Source of the DNA: Nibricoccus sp.
GTDB lineage: Bacteria; Verrucomicrobiota; Verrucomicrobiia; Opitutales; Opitutaceae
Assembly: GCA_047602425.1 (NCBI GenBank)
Contig: JASGHG010000001.1
Span: 864,001-928,000 of the forward strand
Direction of reading: 5' to 3'
DNA length: 64,000 nucleotides
A program made the position numbers and the translations under genes. The notes beneath the pieces are model-generated. The model saw only the letters and a program-made list of their open reading frames with translations. It was not told where the DNA came from and ran no database searches. Shown here piece by piece: positions 53,494 to 60,714 of the stretch. Within the stretch, counting starts at the first letter, position 1; each line of letters begins with the position of its first letter.

Positions 53494-53813
53494 AAGGAAA
53501 GACAGATCGGCCGCGAGGAAAAACGCGTGCTTCGAAAGGAGATTTACACGGGTCACAAGAAGTCCCACCCGGCGCGGAAGGAGAAACATCCCGGCCCCTA
53601 GCCAAAGCCTATGAGCTGAAAGGAGCCTCTCACCCGCTGAAAGGAAATGTCGCCGGGTTCGAAGGAGTCACCGCTCGATTCCAAGGAGGCTTCACCGCGT
53701 CGAAAGGAGTGTCGTCCGCCTCAAAAGGAGCCTCCGCCCGGTTCAAAGGAACGATTCCCCAGTCGCAAGGAGCCTCTTCCGGATCGTAAGGAGAAATAGC
53801 CAGCCCGAAAGGA
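53494..53813. repeat. Degenerate array with an exact 21-nt period, core AAGGA(G)
   Basis: AAGGA at 53494, 53536, 53578, 53620, 53641, 53662, 53683, 53704, 53725, 53746, 53767, 53788, 53809; variants at 53515 and 53557. Confidence 0.85.
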
Positions 53814-54094
53814 GAACGTTTTCGCCTCATAATCAGCGTCTTCCAGACGCCAGCTTCTTTCTGTTGCCCGTTTGCAAAACCATAACCGTTCCAAACCACT
53901 TTTCGCCGGCCGGTTGCATCAACACCCAAACCAACGTCCAGCACCCTCAGCTAATGCGCACCATGCCGCGCTTTAATAGGAGTCTTACTGCAATCCATTT
54001 TCCGCCTCCGCGCTCGCCGATCCGCTTTCAAGAACTAAGCCTCTGGCGCGTTGTTAGGGAAATTGGCGAGTTAAAACATCAAATAACGAAAATC

Positions 54095-54844
54095 ATGCCC
54101 GGAAAACATTTTAGTTTCCCAGTCAGTTTTCTCACCCGCGACGCCCGGCTCATGCTGGGCGCTTTGCGCGATCCTATCGGGGCCCCCGTGGTCGAACGTC
54201 TACCCTCCAACTTCGCCGACGTCTTTGCAGCGACTATCGACGAGGTCAGCAAAGGTTCCACCGGCCAGAAATCCGCCGCAGGCAAAACCGGTCAATTGAC
54301 CCAGGCGCAGAATGAGGCGCTGGCCGAGGTCAAACGCCTCACGTCCGCGGCCCGGGAAACAGCCAAACTGGCGTTTCCCGACAACGGCGTGCTGTTGCGC
54401 CAGGAGTTTCAAGTCGGCAACGGGGATCCCGTCGCCCTGGCCTCGATCCTGGAGCGCGCCCACACCGTGCAACTGTCGTGCGTGAAATATGCCGGACCGC
54501 TTTCCCAGCATGGCTGGCTCGAGCGCGACACCGCCGCGCTCGCCTCCGTCACCGCCACGCTGGAAGGAGCTGACGAAACCCAAGAGGCGTCGAAAGGCGA
54601 CAAGAAGGCGGTGACCGCGGCCAAGGTCGCGGCGGCCAACCGACTCTACGCCCGCTGCCAGTCGCTCCAAAACGCCGTCAACCTCGCCTATCCCGAGGCC
54701 AAAGCCGCAACCGACGACAAAGTCGTGGCCGCCCGGGCGCGTTTCCTCATGGACGCATTTCCGCCGCAGGCAGGCGCAAATGACGAACCAAGTGAAAGTG
54801 ACAGCAAGACGAACCCGACGGCACCTGCACCCGGCACTGCCTGA
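54095..54844 (+). CDS. Hypothetical alpha-helical, Ala-rich protein
   Basis: ATG at 54095, good codon bias, followed by a terminator. Confidence 0.7.
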   Translation: MPGKHFSFPVSFLTRDARLMLGALRDPIGAPVVERLPSNFADVFAATIDEVSKGSTGQKSAAGKTGQLTQAQNEALAEVKRLTSAARETAKLAFPDNGVLLRQEFQVGNGDPVALASILERAHTVQLSCVKYAGPLSQHGWLERDTAALASVTATLEGADETQEASKGDKKAVTAAKVAAANRLYARCQSLQNAVNLAYPEAKAATDDKVVAARARFLMDAFPPQAGANDEPSESDSKTNPTAPAPGTA

Positions 54845-54935
54845 CGTCCGCTTCGCATCGATGACCTGAGGCCGTTCCTACCACAACATCAGCCAATTTC
54901 CCGAAACAACCAACGCCTCGGAGTTTTCATCGCAC

Positions 54936-54969
54936 GCGCCCCGGCCTAAAACGCCGGGGCGCTTTTTTT
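54936..54969 (+). terminator. Rho-independent terminator
   Basis: GCGCCCCGGC-ctaaaac-GCCGGGGCGC followed by T7. Confidence 0.85.
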
Positions 54970-55150
54970 GCGCCAACGATGCCTTCGCCGCATCGCCTTC
55001 AAACCAGCGTCTTGAGCCAATCCGCTCCACCCTCCGCAAGGAGGAACGTGTTGACCCCAACACGTTGGTTCGTCTCAGGCCTCACTTGAGCGTTCATCAT
55101 TAAACGTTCAGCGTTGAGCGTTCCTTCGTTATCGAAGGCTGGCCGTTCTT

Positions 55151-56473
55151 TTACCCCGCCAACGCATCCAATGGACCTGTCCCGAGCGCGTCGAGCGGGC
55201 TCCGCACCCCCAGCCCCGGCTTTTGCATGACGTGTGTATAGATCTGCGTCGTCTCCACACTCTCGTGGCCCAGCAATTCTTGTACCGTGCGTATATCCGC
55301 GCCGCCCTCCAATAAATGCGTTGCAAAGGAATGTCGCAGCACATGCGGCGTCACCCGCTTGTCGATACCGGCACGTTGCGCCGCCAGCCGGATGGCATTC
55401 TGGAAAGTCCCATCCAGCACATGATGCCTTTTACGCAAGCCGCTCACCGGATCGGACATCGTTTCACGCGAGGGGAACAGCCACTGCCATTTCCAATCTT
55501 CACCTGCACGAGGATATTTCCTATCCAGCCCTTCGGGTAACCATACGCCCGGCAAATTGTTTTTCCTATCCTCCGCATGGAGCACCCGTAATCGAGCCAA
55601 GTGCTCGCGCAACTTGGCCTGTAGCGACTCCGGCAAAACCGTCAGCCGGTCTTTTTTTCCTTTGCCTGCATAAATCTGCAACTGGCCGCGTTCCAGATCC
55701 AAATGGTGCACACGCAGTCGCAACAGCTCCATAAGGCGCAAACCGCCGCCATAAGCTAATTCAGCCATCAAGCGCGTCGTCCCATTCAATTGCTCGAATA
55801 ACTTCAGACACTCTGCCTTCGACAACACCGTCGGAACTTTTTGCTTAGCTCGCGCCCGTCGAAAATCGAACTGCCCCAAATCGCGTTTTAATGCCTCTTG
55901 GATAAAAAACACCAAAGCGTTCAATGCCTGTTTTTGCGATGATGGGCTGGCCCGCTGCTCCACGGCCATCTTCGAAAGAAAAGCTGCCACATCGTCCCCA
56001 ACCGCAGCATAAGGCGACTTCGGTTTCATATGCTCAGCAAACAAACCAGCCCAACGCCGGTACGTCTGCTCCGTCCGCCACAAAAACCCTTTGCGCCTGA
56101 TCGCCGTGATCAAATCGCGCTCCCAATCCGCACCGCCCAGATCTTCCGCAGCCTTGGGCGCCTGCTCCTCCAACGGACGCTTCGCCCTGACCACCCGCGA
56201 CTCCTGCCCTCGTTTGAAAAACCATCTCAAACCTGCACGCAGGTCCTCCTCACGTCTTCCGGCTTGCAACTCCCGCTGCTGAATATACTCCTTGGCCAGC
56301 AAAATAGAAGCAGCAGCCTGGCGGGTTCGGCAAAAACCCAAGAAACCCATAATCGCCCGCTTGTAGGCAGCTTTGGTTTGCGCATCCAGTCCCTCTTCAA
56401 CCAGTACCGAGCCCCATTGCGGAAACGAAACAACCACCTCGTCGCGCCAAAAAGTCTCTCCTTGTAAAGCCAT
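55151..56473 (-). CDS. intI: Integron integrase with an N-terminal extension
   Basis: '[14 protein letters not shown]', IntI-specific patch '[26 protein letters not shown]', '[12 protein letters not shown]', 'LGH...TTQIYTH'. Confidence 0.96.
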   Translation of the reverse strand: MALQGETFWRDEVVVSFPQWGSVLVEEGLDAQTKAAYKRAIMGFLGFCRTRQAAASILLAKEYIQQRELQAGRREEDLRAGLRWFFKRGQESRVVRAKRPLEEQAPKAAEDLGGADWERDLITAIRRKGFLWRTEQTYRRWAGLFAEHMKPKSPYAAVGDDVAAFLSKMAVEQRASPSSQKQALNALVFFIQEALKRDLGQFDFRRARAKQKVPTVLSKAECLKLFEQLNGTTRLMAELAYGGGLRLMELLRLRVHHLDLERGQLQIYAGKGKKDRLTVLPESLQAKLREHLARLRVLHAEDRKNNLPGVWLPEGLDRKYPRAGEDWKWQWLFPSRETMSDPVSGLRKRHHVLDGTFQNAIRLAAQRAGIDKRVTPHVLRHSFATHLLEGGADIRTVQELLGHESVETTQIYTHVMQKPGLGVRSPLDALGTGPLDALAG

Positions 56474-56619
56474 ACTCGCAGTTGAGCTTTAGCCGGTTTG
56501 ATATCAAGCTCAAAACATCCAAAAACCTCCCCAACCCACACCCCTAAAGCCCAATCCCCCGATGGTTATGAAATTCAAATCTAACCTTTACCTCCAATCC
56601 TCAATCCCGTGTAAAGCTC

Positions 56620-56650
56620 AACCCAGTTGATGCTAATAACACTGTTCGCC
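56620..56650 (+). other. attI: attI site (core G|TTCGCC at 56644-56650)
   Basis: GTTCGCC is the exact reverse complement of the first attC R'' (GGCGAAC); it lies upstream of the divergent intI; 5' limit approximate. Confidence 0.75.
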
Positions 56651-57006
56651 GAAAAGCCCGCGATGATGTTGGTAAGAGGAGAGACTGTGGTGCCCGCGAT
56701 AGTTAAGAGAGAGTTGTTTGAGCCGAAGGATTGCCGAGGCGTAGGCGAGGCCGGTCGGCGGGAGAAGGGTTTTTGGAGTTTTGAGATTGTGTGCCGGTTT
56801 TGGGTGAGCGACGTGCGATCTTTCCGAGTCGGCGTTGTCGCTGGTGTGCCCGCCGCAGGTGTTCGGAGTTTATGGTCGAGTGGCGCCCGTTGGCTGAAGT
56901 CGATTCTGTTTGCCAGGAGAGAGGCGAACCAGCCATTAGAGCACAACGCCATGGCTTCATCCTTTTGTTTTGCCAACGCCGCTCATGGCGTGGCTCACTT
57001 CTAACG
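56645..57006 (+). other. Cassette 1, probably non-coding
   Basis: Bounded by the attI core and attC1; only ORFs that read through the attC. Confidence 0.65.
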
Positions 57007-57012
57007 TTAGCC
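56923..57012 (+). repeat. attC: attC1
   Basis: GGCGAAC...GAGC..GCCATG...CATGGC..GCTC...GTTAGCC. Confidence 0.88.
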
Positions 57013-57024
57013 AAGAAAGTAGAC

Positions 57025-57408
57025 ATGCCAAAGGTCGCTCGTTTTTCCGCTCGAGACTTCGGTGCATACGAAGATCACGCGCTTGTTGTCGGCTTTGCAC
57101 GCGACCAGAGTGATGAGGAAAGCGACGATGCATTGGTGCTTCAGCGCGCAAAAGAAACGGAAGAAGACTCGGGGATCTACGCCGAGATTCCACCTCAGCG
57201 ATTTGTTACCTTCGGCGGAGTGAAAGAAGCGCGATTAGCCCGCGATAGTTTTTCGGTAACTTTTGAGCCAGAAGCGACGGCTGAGCTTGATGGTATCGCT
57301 GCGATGCAGATTTCATTCTCGATGTCAGATGAAGATTTCAGCCAGATTCGGCAGATGCTTAGTCGTATATTTCGAGATCATGCGGGGTTCAAAATACAAA
57401 ACGGCTAA
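57025..57408 (+). CDS. Cassette 2: Imm10-like immunity protein
   Basis: 'LVVGFA...LVLQR...YAE..Q...FGG....L' pattern; stop codon lies inside R''. Confidence 0.6.
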   Translation: MPKVARFSARDFGAYEDHALVVGFARDQSDEESDDALVLQRAKETEEDSGIYAEIPPQRFVTFGGVKEARLARDSFSVTFEPEATAELDGIAAMQISFSMSDEDFSQIRQMLSRIFRDHAGFKIQNG

Positions 57409-57501
57409 CCAGGCGCTAGAGCGCAACGCCTATGTCCGTCACGCCGCGTGCGGGGCACGTGTCGCGCCGGCCACAGGCGTGGCTCACCTATAACGTTGGG
57501 C
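57403..57501 (+). repeat. attC: attC2
   Basis: GGCTAAC caggc GCTAGAGC...GCTCACC tataac GTTGGGC. Confidence 0.92.
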
Positions 57502-57514
57502 AAAGCAAAACACC

Positions 57515-57994
57515 ATGTCCTTACTTCAAACTGCATTCCTAGAAAGGTCCCGCGTTCCTGATCGTGCGAAGCTCGAAGAAGCTGTCCGTGTGCTCGGTTT
57601 CGATCTCGCTATCGACGAGTTTTATCAGCCGTTTGCTTGTTCGGGCTTTTTGCCATGCCTCCTGAAAGGCAAGAAGTCTGGCTTCGAGATTTACTTCGAG
57701 TCGCCGGACGAAGCATTGCAGAGTTTTCCACGCCTGAAAGAAGAAGTCGGAGGTAGAGATTGCGCGATTAGTTTTCGTTGGGGTGGCGACATGTTGGAGT
57801 GTGCCTGCGTGTTGATTGTGTCGGCTGCGTTGGCGAAAATTTTTGGCGCAGTGGTCCACTACCAAGACGACGATTTACTGTATTCTGCCGAACAGCTCGT
57901 TGAGGAAGCAAAGGGTGCGTTGCATGCGGCAGAGTCCTCGCCGCGTCGCCCTCCACCGCCTCCTCCGCCAAAGAAGCCTTGGTGGAAGTTCTAA
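57515..57994 (+). CDS. Cassette 3: hypothetical protein ending in poly-Pro-KKPWWKF
   Basis: Single ORF filling the cassette. Confidence 0.85.
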   Translation: MSLLQTAFLERSRVPDRAKLEEAVRVLGFDLAIDEFYQPFACSGFLPCLLKGKKSGFEIYFESPDEALQSFPRLKEEVGGRDCAISFRWGGDMLECACVLIVSAALAKIFGAVVHYQDDDLLYSAEQLVEEAKGALHAAESSPRRPPPPPPPKKPWWKF

Positions 57995-58010
57995 AAATGA
58001 AAACAACGGA

Positions 58011-58108
58011 GCCCAACCAGGCATACTGCCAACGCCTATGCTCGTCACGCCCGCTGCTGGCGCACCGGTCGCGCCGAGCACAGGCGCGGCAGATCTATAA
58101 CGTTGGGC
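58011..58108 (+). repeat. attC: attC3
   Basis: GCCCAAC...ATACTGCC...GGCAGAT...GTTGGGC. Confidence 0.92.
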
Positions 58109-58116
58109 GGAAGAAA

Positions 58117-58539
58117 ATGCTGAAGCTTGTATCTCTACTTCTCGGAATCGTTTTCTTCGCCGGCTTTGTAGTGGCCGCGTTGAGCCACAAAGACGGAGAG
58201 AGTTGGAAGCCTGTTCTTGGCGGAGCGTGGGGCTCCGTCGTGTTTGTGCTCGCTTACTTCAAACTGCGGAATCTTGAGCACTGGGAGCACTCGGACGATT
58301 TCAAGGAGGCGAAGCGTGAGTTCGCAGACCTCATCGATGTTGGTATGTCCACCGCCGAAGCAGAGCGCTTACTGCAAGAGCGCGCTCCGCTAGTGGACGT
58401 TTCAGATCGACGCTATTTTGGTGGGCGGTACCAGAACCGTAAATTCAGGGTGTCTGAGTTCGATGGCCGACTATCTCGGGTCAAAGTGCTGTCGCTCGAC
58501 GGCAAGGTTTTCGAGGTGCAATCAGAACCCAAAAGATGA
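58117..58539 (+). CDS. Cassette 4: 2-TM hypothetical protein
   Basis: ATG 9 nt after R'; two hydrophobic helices. Confidence 0.8.
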   Translation: MLKLVSLLLGIVFFAGFVVAALSHKDGESWKPVLGGAWGSVVFVLAYFKLRNLEHWEHSDDFKEAKREFADLIDVGMSTAEAERLLQERAPLVDVSDRRYFGGRYQNRKFRVSEFDGRLSRVKVLSLDGKVFEVQSEPKR

Positions 58540-58543
58540 AGAA

Positions 58544-58558
58544 GCCCAACCAGCCGCT
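58544..58558 (+). repeat. attC: attC4 left part (interrupted by the IS)
   Basis: GCCCAAC CAGCC GCT. Confidence 0.85.
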
Positions 58559-58728
58559 CCCCTTTAGGTAAAATCAAGGGGTAAGTTTGATTTTGCCGTC
58601 AGGGGGGGGAGGGGCGAGTCCGAGAATGGGCCTCCAGCTCGTCGGAGGACGAGCCCCGGGGGGGGTAGGATGTAGCAGGTGGTTTTGGTTACATGAGATG
58701 GATATGGTTTTGGCGCTTTAACCAGGAG

Positions 58729-58902
58729 CCCGGTCCTCCGCGACGATCCCCATGAGTTGGTCCAGCTTTTGCGGGCTGGCCCGGACGATACTTAAAGGGC
58801 GGTAAGACCGGGAGGCCCGCCGTCGGGGCTTTAAAACATACAGTTGAGCATCAGCGAGGCTGTGCGGAACGGCTGGTGGCCCTCAAGCGGCGGGTTTCCC
58901 GG
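58729..58902 (-). ncRNA. Predicted bridge/seek RNA with target- and donor-binding loops
   Basis: Two hairpins with internal loops carrying ACCAGCCGUUCC/CUGUAUG (target side) and AGUAUCGUCC/GGGGAU (donor side); RNA ends unknown. Confidence 0.75.
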
Positions 58903-58946
58903 AAAAGCAAAAGTTAATGTCGGCTAAAATAGATCAAGGAAGTGGT

Positions 58947-60212
58947 TTAGGCGGCGGAGCGGAAAACGCGCTTCGGGTCGAAGGGTTGGGGCGAGCGTTC
59001 CAGGCCGTGGAGCAGTTTGAGGAACTTGCGGGCGACCGCGGTCATGGCTTTGCCGCCGCACATGCCGGTGTCGCGTTTGGCGTGGTAGTATTGCCCGTAG
59101 AGTTGTCCGTGCACGACGCGTTTGAGGACGGCTTGGGCGAGGACGTGGCGCAGGCGGGCGCGGCCGCGTTTGGCTTGGCGGAGTTGGCCTTGCATGGTGC
59201 CGCTTTGGCGGGGCCGCAGGTTGAGCCCGCCGTAGCGCCAGAGTTGGCGCACGTGGGCAAAGTCCCGGAGCGGTCCGGTCTCGGCGAGGACACGGGCGAG
59301 CATGAAGGGGCTGATCAGGTCGGGATGGGCTTGCAGGCGGGTGGCGCCGCGGGCGCGCAGGCGTTCGACCAGGGCGATCATTTGCTGGCGGGTGTTGGTT
59401 CGGCGGGTGCGCAGCACGGTGAGTTCGGCAAAGAGGGCGCGCAGGTCCTCGGCGAGCAGGGCCAGCCAGTCGGGGTCGGAGTCGATCAGGGCGCAGCGCT
59501 GGGCGTCGGCGAAGAGTCGCTGGATGGTCTTTGGGCCAACGTGGTGGTTGCGCAGTTTGGCGGTGCAGCGTTCCAGGCCGTCGGCGAGGATCGCGGCGGC
59601 GTTCAGGCCGTAGAGTGCGATCGTGGCTTGGGCGGCGCGGCCTTCGAAGAGCCAGTCGTTTTTAAAGCTCAATTCGGGGAAGAGCGAGAGGAGCAGTTTA
59701 TGAATCCTGTTTTTACAGCGGGTGGAGTCGCGTTCGAGCCGGTCGTAGCGGGCGTTGAGTTCGCGCAGGAGCAGCCACTCGCCTTGGAGGGGACGATCGG
59801 TCAGGGTTTTGTTCCATTTGGCCAATAGTAAAATCGTGCGGGGATCTTTGATGTCGCTTTTGCCGGTATCGTTGTTCTCGACCACTTGCATCTGGTGGAC
59901 GGCTTCGCCGTTGACCAAGGCGGTGGCGCAGCCGAGTTGGCGGGCCGCGCGCAGCAGGCGCCGTTCGTATCCGCCGGTGGGTTCGCAGAGGATGCGCACG
60001 CCGCCAAGGCCGTGCTGGCGGGCGTGGGTGTTGAGTTGTTCCAGCCATGAGAGGATGGCCTCATTGCGATTGGCGATATGGCCTTGGTGCGCCTGGGCCC
60101 CGAGTTCACCGTACCAGTCCAGTGCTTTTTGCCCGACGTCGACGGCGATATCCCAGCGAGTTTCCGGTTGCCCGGAGTGCGTTCTGCCATTAAGTGCTTT
60201 GTTCGTTATCAT
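58947..60212 (-). CDS. IS110-family DEDD recombinase/transposase
   Basis: 'IAVDVGQ', 'CEPTGGY', 'KSDIKD', C-terminal 'YGGLNLRPRQSG'. Confidence 0.93.
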   Translation of the reverse strand: MITNKALNGRTHSGQPETRWDIAVDVGQKALDWYGELGAQAHQGHIANRNEAILSWLEQLNTHARQHGLGGVRILCEPTGGYERRLLRAARQLGCATALVNGEAVHQMQVVENNDTGKSDIKDPRTILLLAKWNKTLTDRPLQGEWLLLRELNARYDRLERDSTRCKNRIHKLLLSLFPELSFKNDWLFEGRAAQATIALYGLNAAAILADGLERCTAKLRNHHVGPKTIQRLFADAQRCALIDSDPDWLALLAEDLRALFAELTVLRTRRTNTRQQMIALVERLRARGATRLQAHPDLISPFMLARVLAETGPLRDFAHVRQLWRYGGLNLRPRQSGTMQGQLRQAKRGRARLRHVLAQAVLKRVVHGQLYGQYYHAKRDTGMCGGKAMTAVARKFLKLLHGLERSPQPFDPKRVFRSAA

Positions 60213-60317
60213 TGTTAGATTGCGGCTCCGGCTAAGGAGTGCCGGTTACGTGCTTGTCACCGTCTAGTCCGTGCCGGGGCCGCCCCTTATGTTACCTCAT
60301 CCGCCTATTAGTAGCAT

Positions 60318-60394
60318 ACAGCGCAATGCCTCGACGGGGTTCGCTTTGAGTTTGGAGTCGCCAGCTCGGCATGGCTGACCAGAGATCGTTAGGC
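60318..60394 (+). repeat. attC: attC4 right part
   Basis: ACAGC gcaATGCC...GGCATg GCTGACC agagatc GTTAGGC. Confidence 0.85.
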
Positions 60395-60400
60395 AAAAGT

Positions 60401-60706
60401 ATGGCCTTCCCGATTTACACGTTTCCCAGTCAGAAGTTCGAGGCGATTGAAGTGTGCCTTCGCACCGCTGGTTATAGCGTCGAGCAGTCTGGTCGGTCGT
60501 TACTGGTTCAGTCTGGTGCCGCACGAGCTCAGGTTTGCGACTATACGGAGGACGGTGATGCAGAAGTTCATTTCATCGTTCTTTTTCCGCACCGAGGTTT
60601 CTTTAGCTTTTTCGTGTTCTGGATCTCGGATGGCAGACTTGTCCGGAAGCTTTGGCGGCTCTTGAAGCAGCAGGGAGCTAAATATGTTGATCCTCGTAGA
60701 ATCTAA
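60401..60706 (+). CDS. Cassette 5: hypothetical protein (101 aa)
   Basis: ATG 7 nt after R'; stop just before R''. Confidence 0.8.
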   Translation: MAFPIYTFPSQKFEAIEVCLRTAGYSVEQSGRSLLVQSGAARAQVCDYTEDGDAEVHFIVLFPHRGFFSFFVFWISDGRLVRKLWRLLKQQGAKYVDPRRI

Positions 60707-60714
60707 AGAGCCGA

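Larger units (their letters stand above)
58559..60317 (-). mobile_element. IS110-family (IS1111-like, attC-targeting) insertion sequence, 1759 bp
   Basis: Removing it rebuilds attC4 (CAGCCGCT|ACAGCGC); no target duplication beyond one shared T; long non-coding region 3' of the transposase. Confidence 0.9.

Noticed and set aside
53494..53813. 21-nt array as a mini-CRISPR or a simple VNTR
   Set aside because: The conserved core is only 5-6 nt with about 15-nt spacers, and the units are not copies of each other.
55086..55123. Heptamer run (TTGAGCG-like x5)
   Set aside because: Short degenerate tandem repeat with no supportable function.
56474..56640. LexA box upstream of intI
   Set aside because: No CTGT-N8-ACAG or TGTTC-N4-GAACA seen; only a TTGAGCTT...AAGCTCAA inverted repeat of unknown meaning.
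57979..58116. Upstream extensions of cassette ORFs (also from 56791, 60371, 63169, 63735)
   Set aside because: They translate attC sequence; real starts follow the R' box.
58917..59828. 303-aa plus-strand ORF inside the IS
   Set aside because: Antisense shadow of the GC-rich transposase.
58556..60315. Alternative IS boundaries using a shared GC core
   Set aside because: This would give a 9-nt L'' box and fits the guide and junction matches less well than the T-shared junction.
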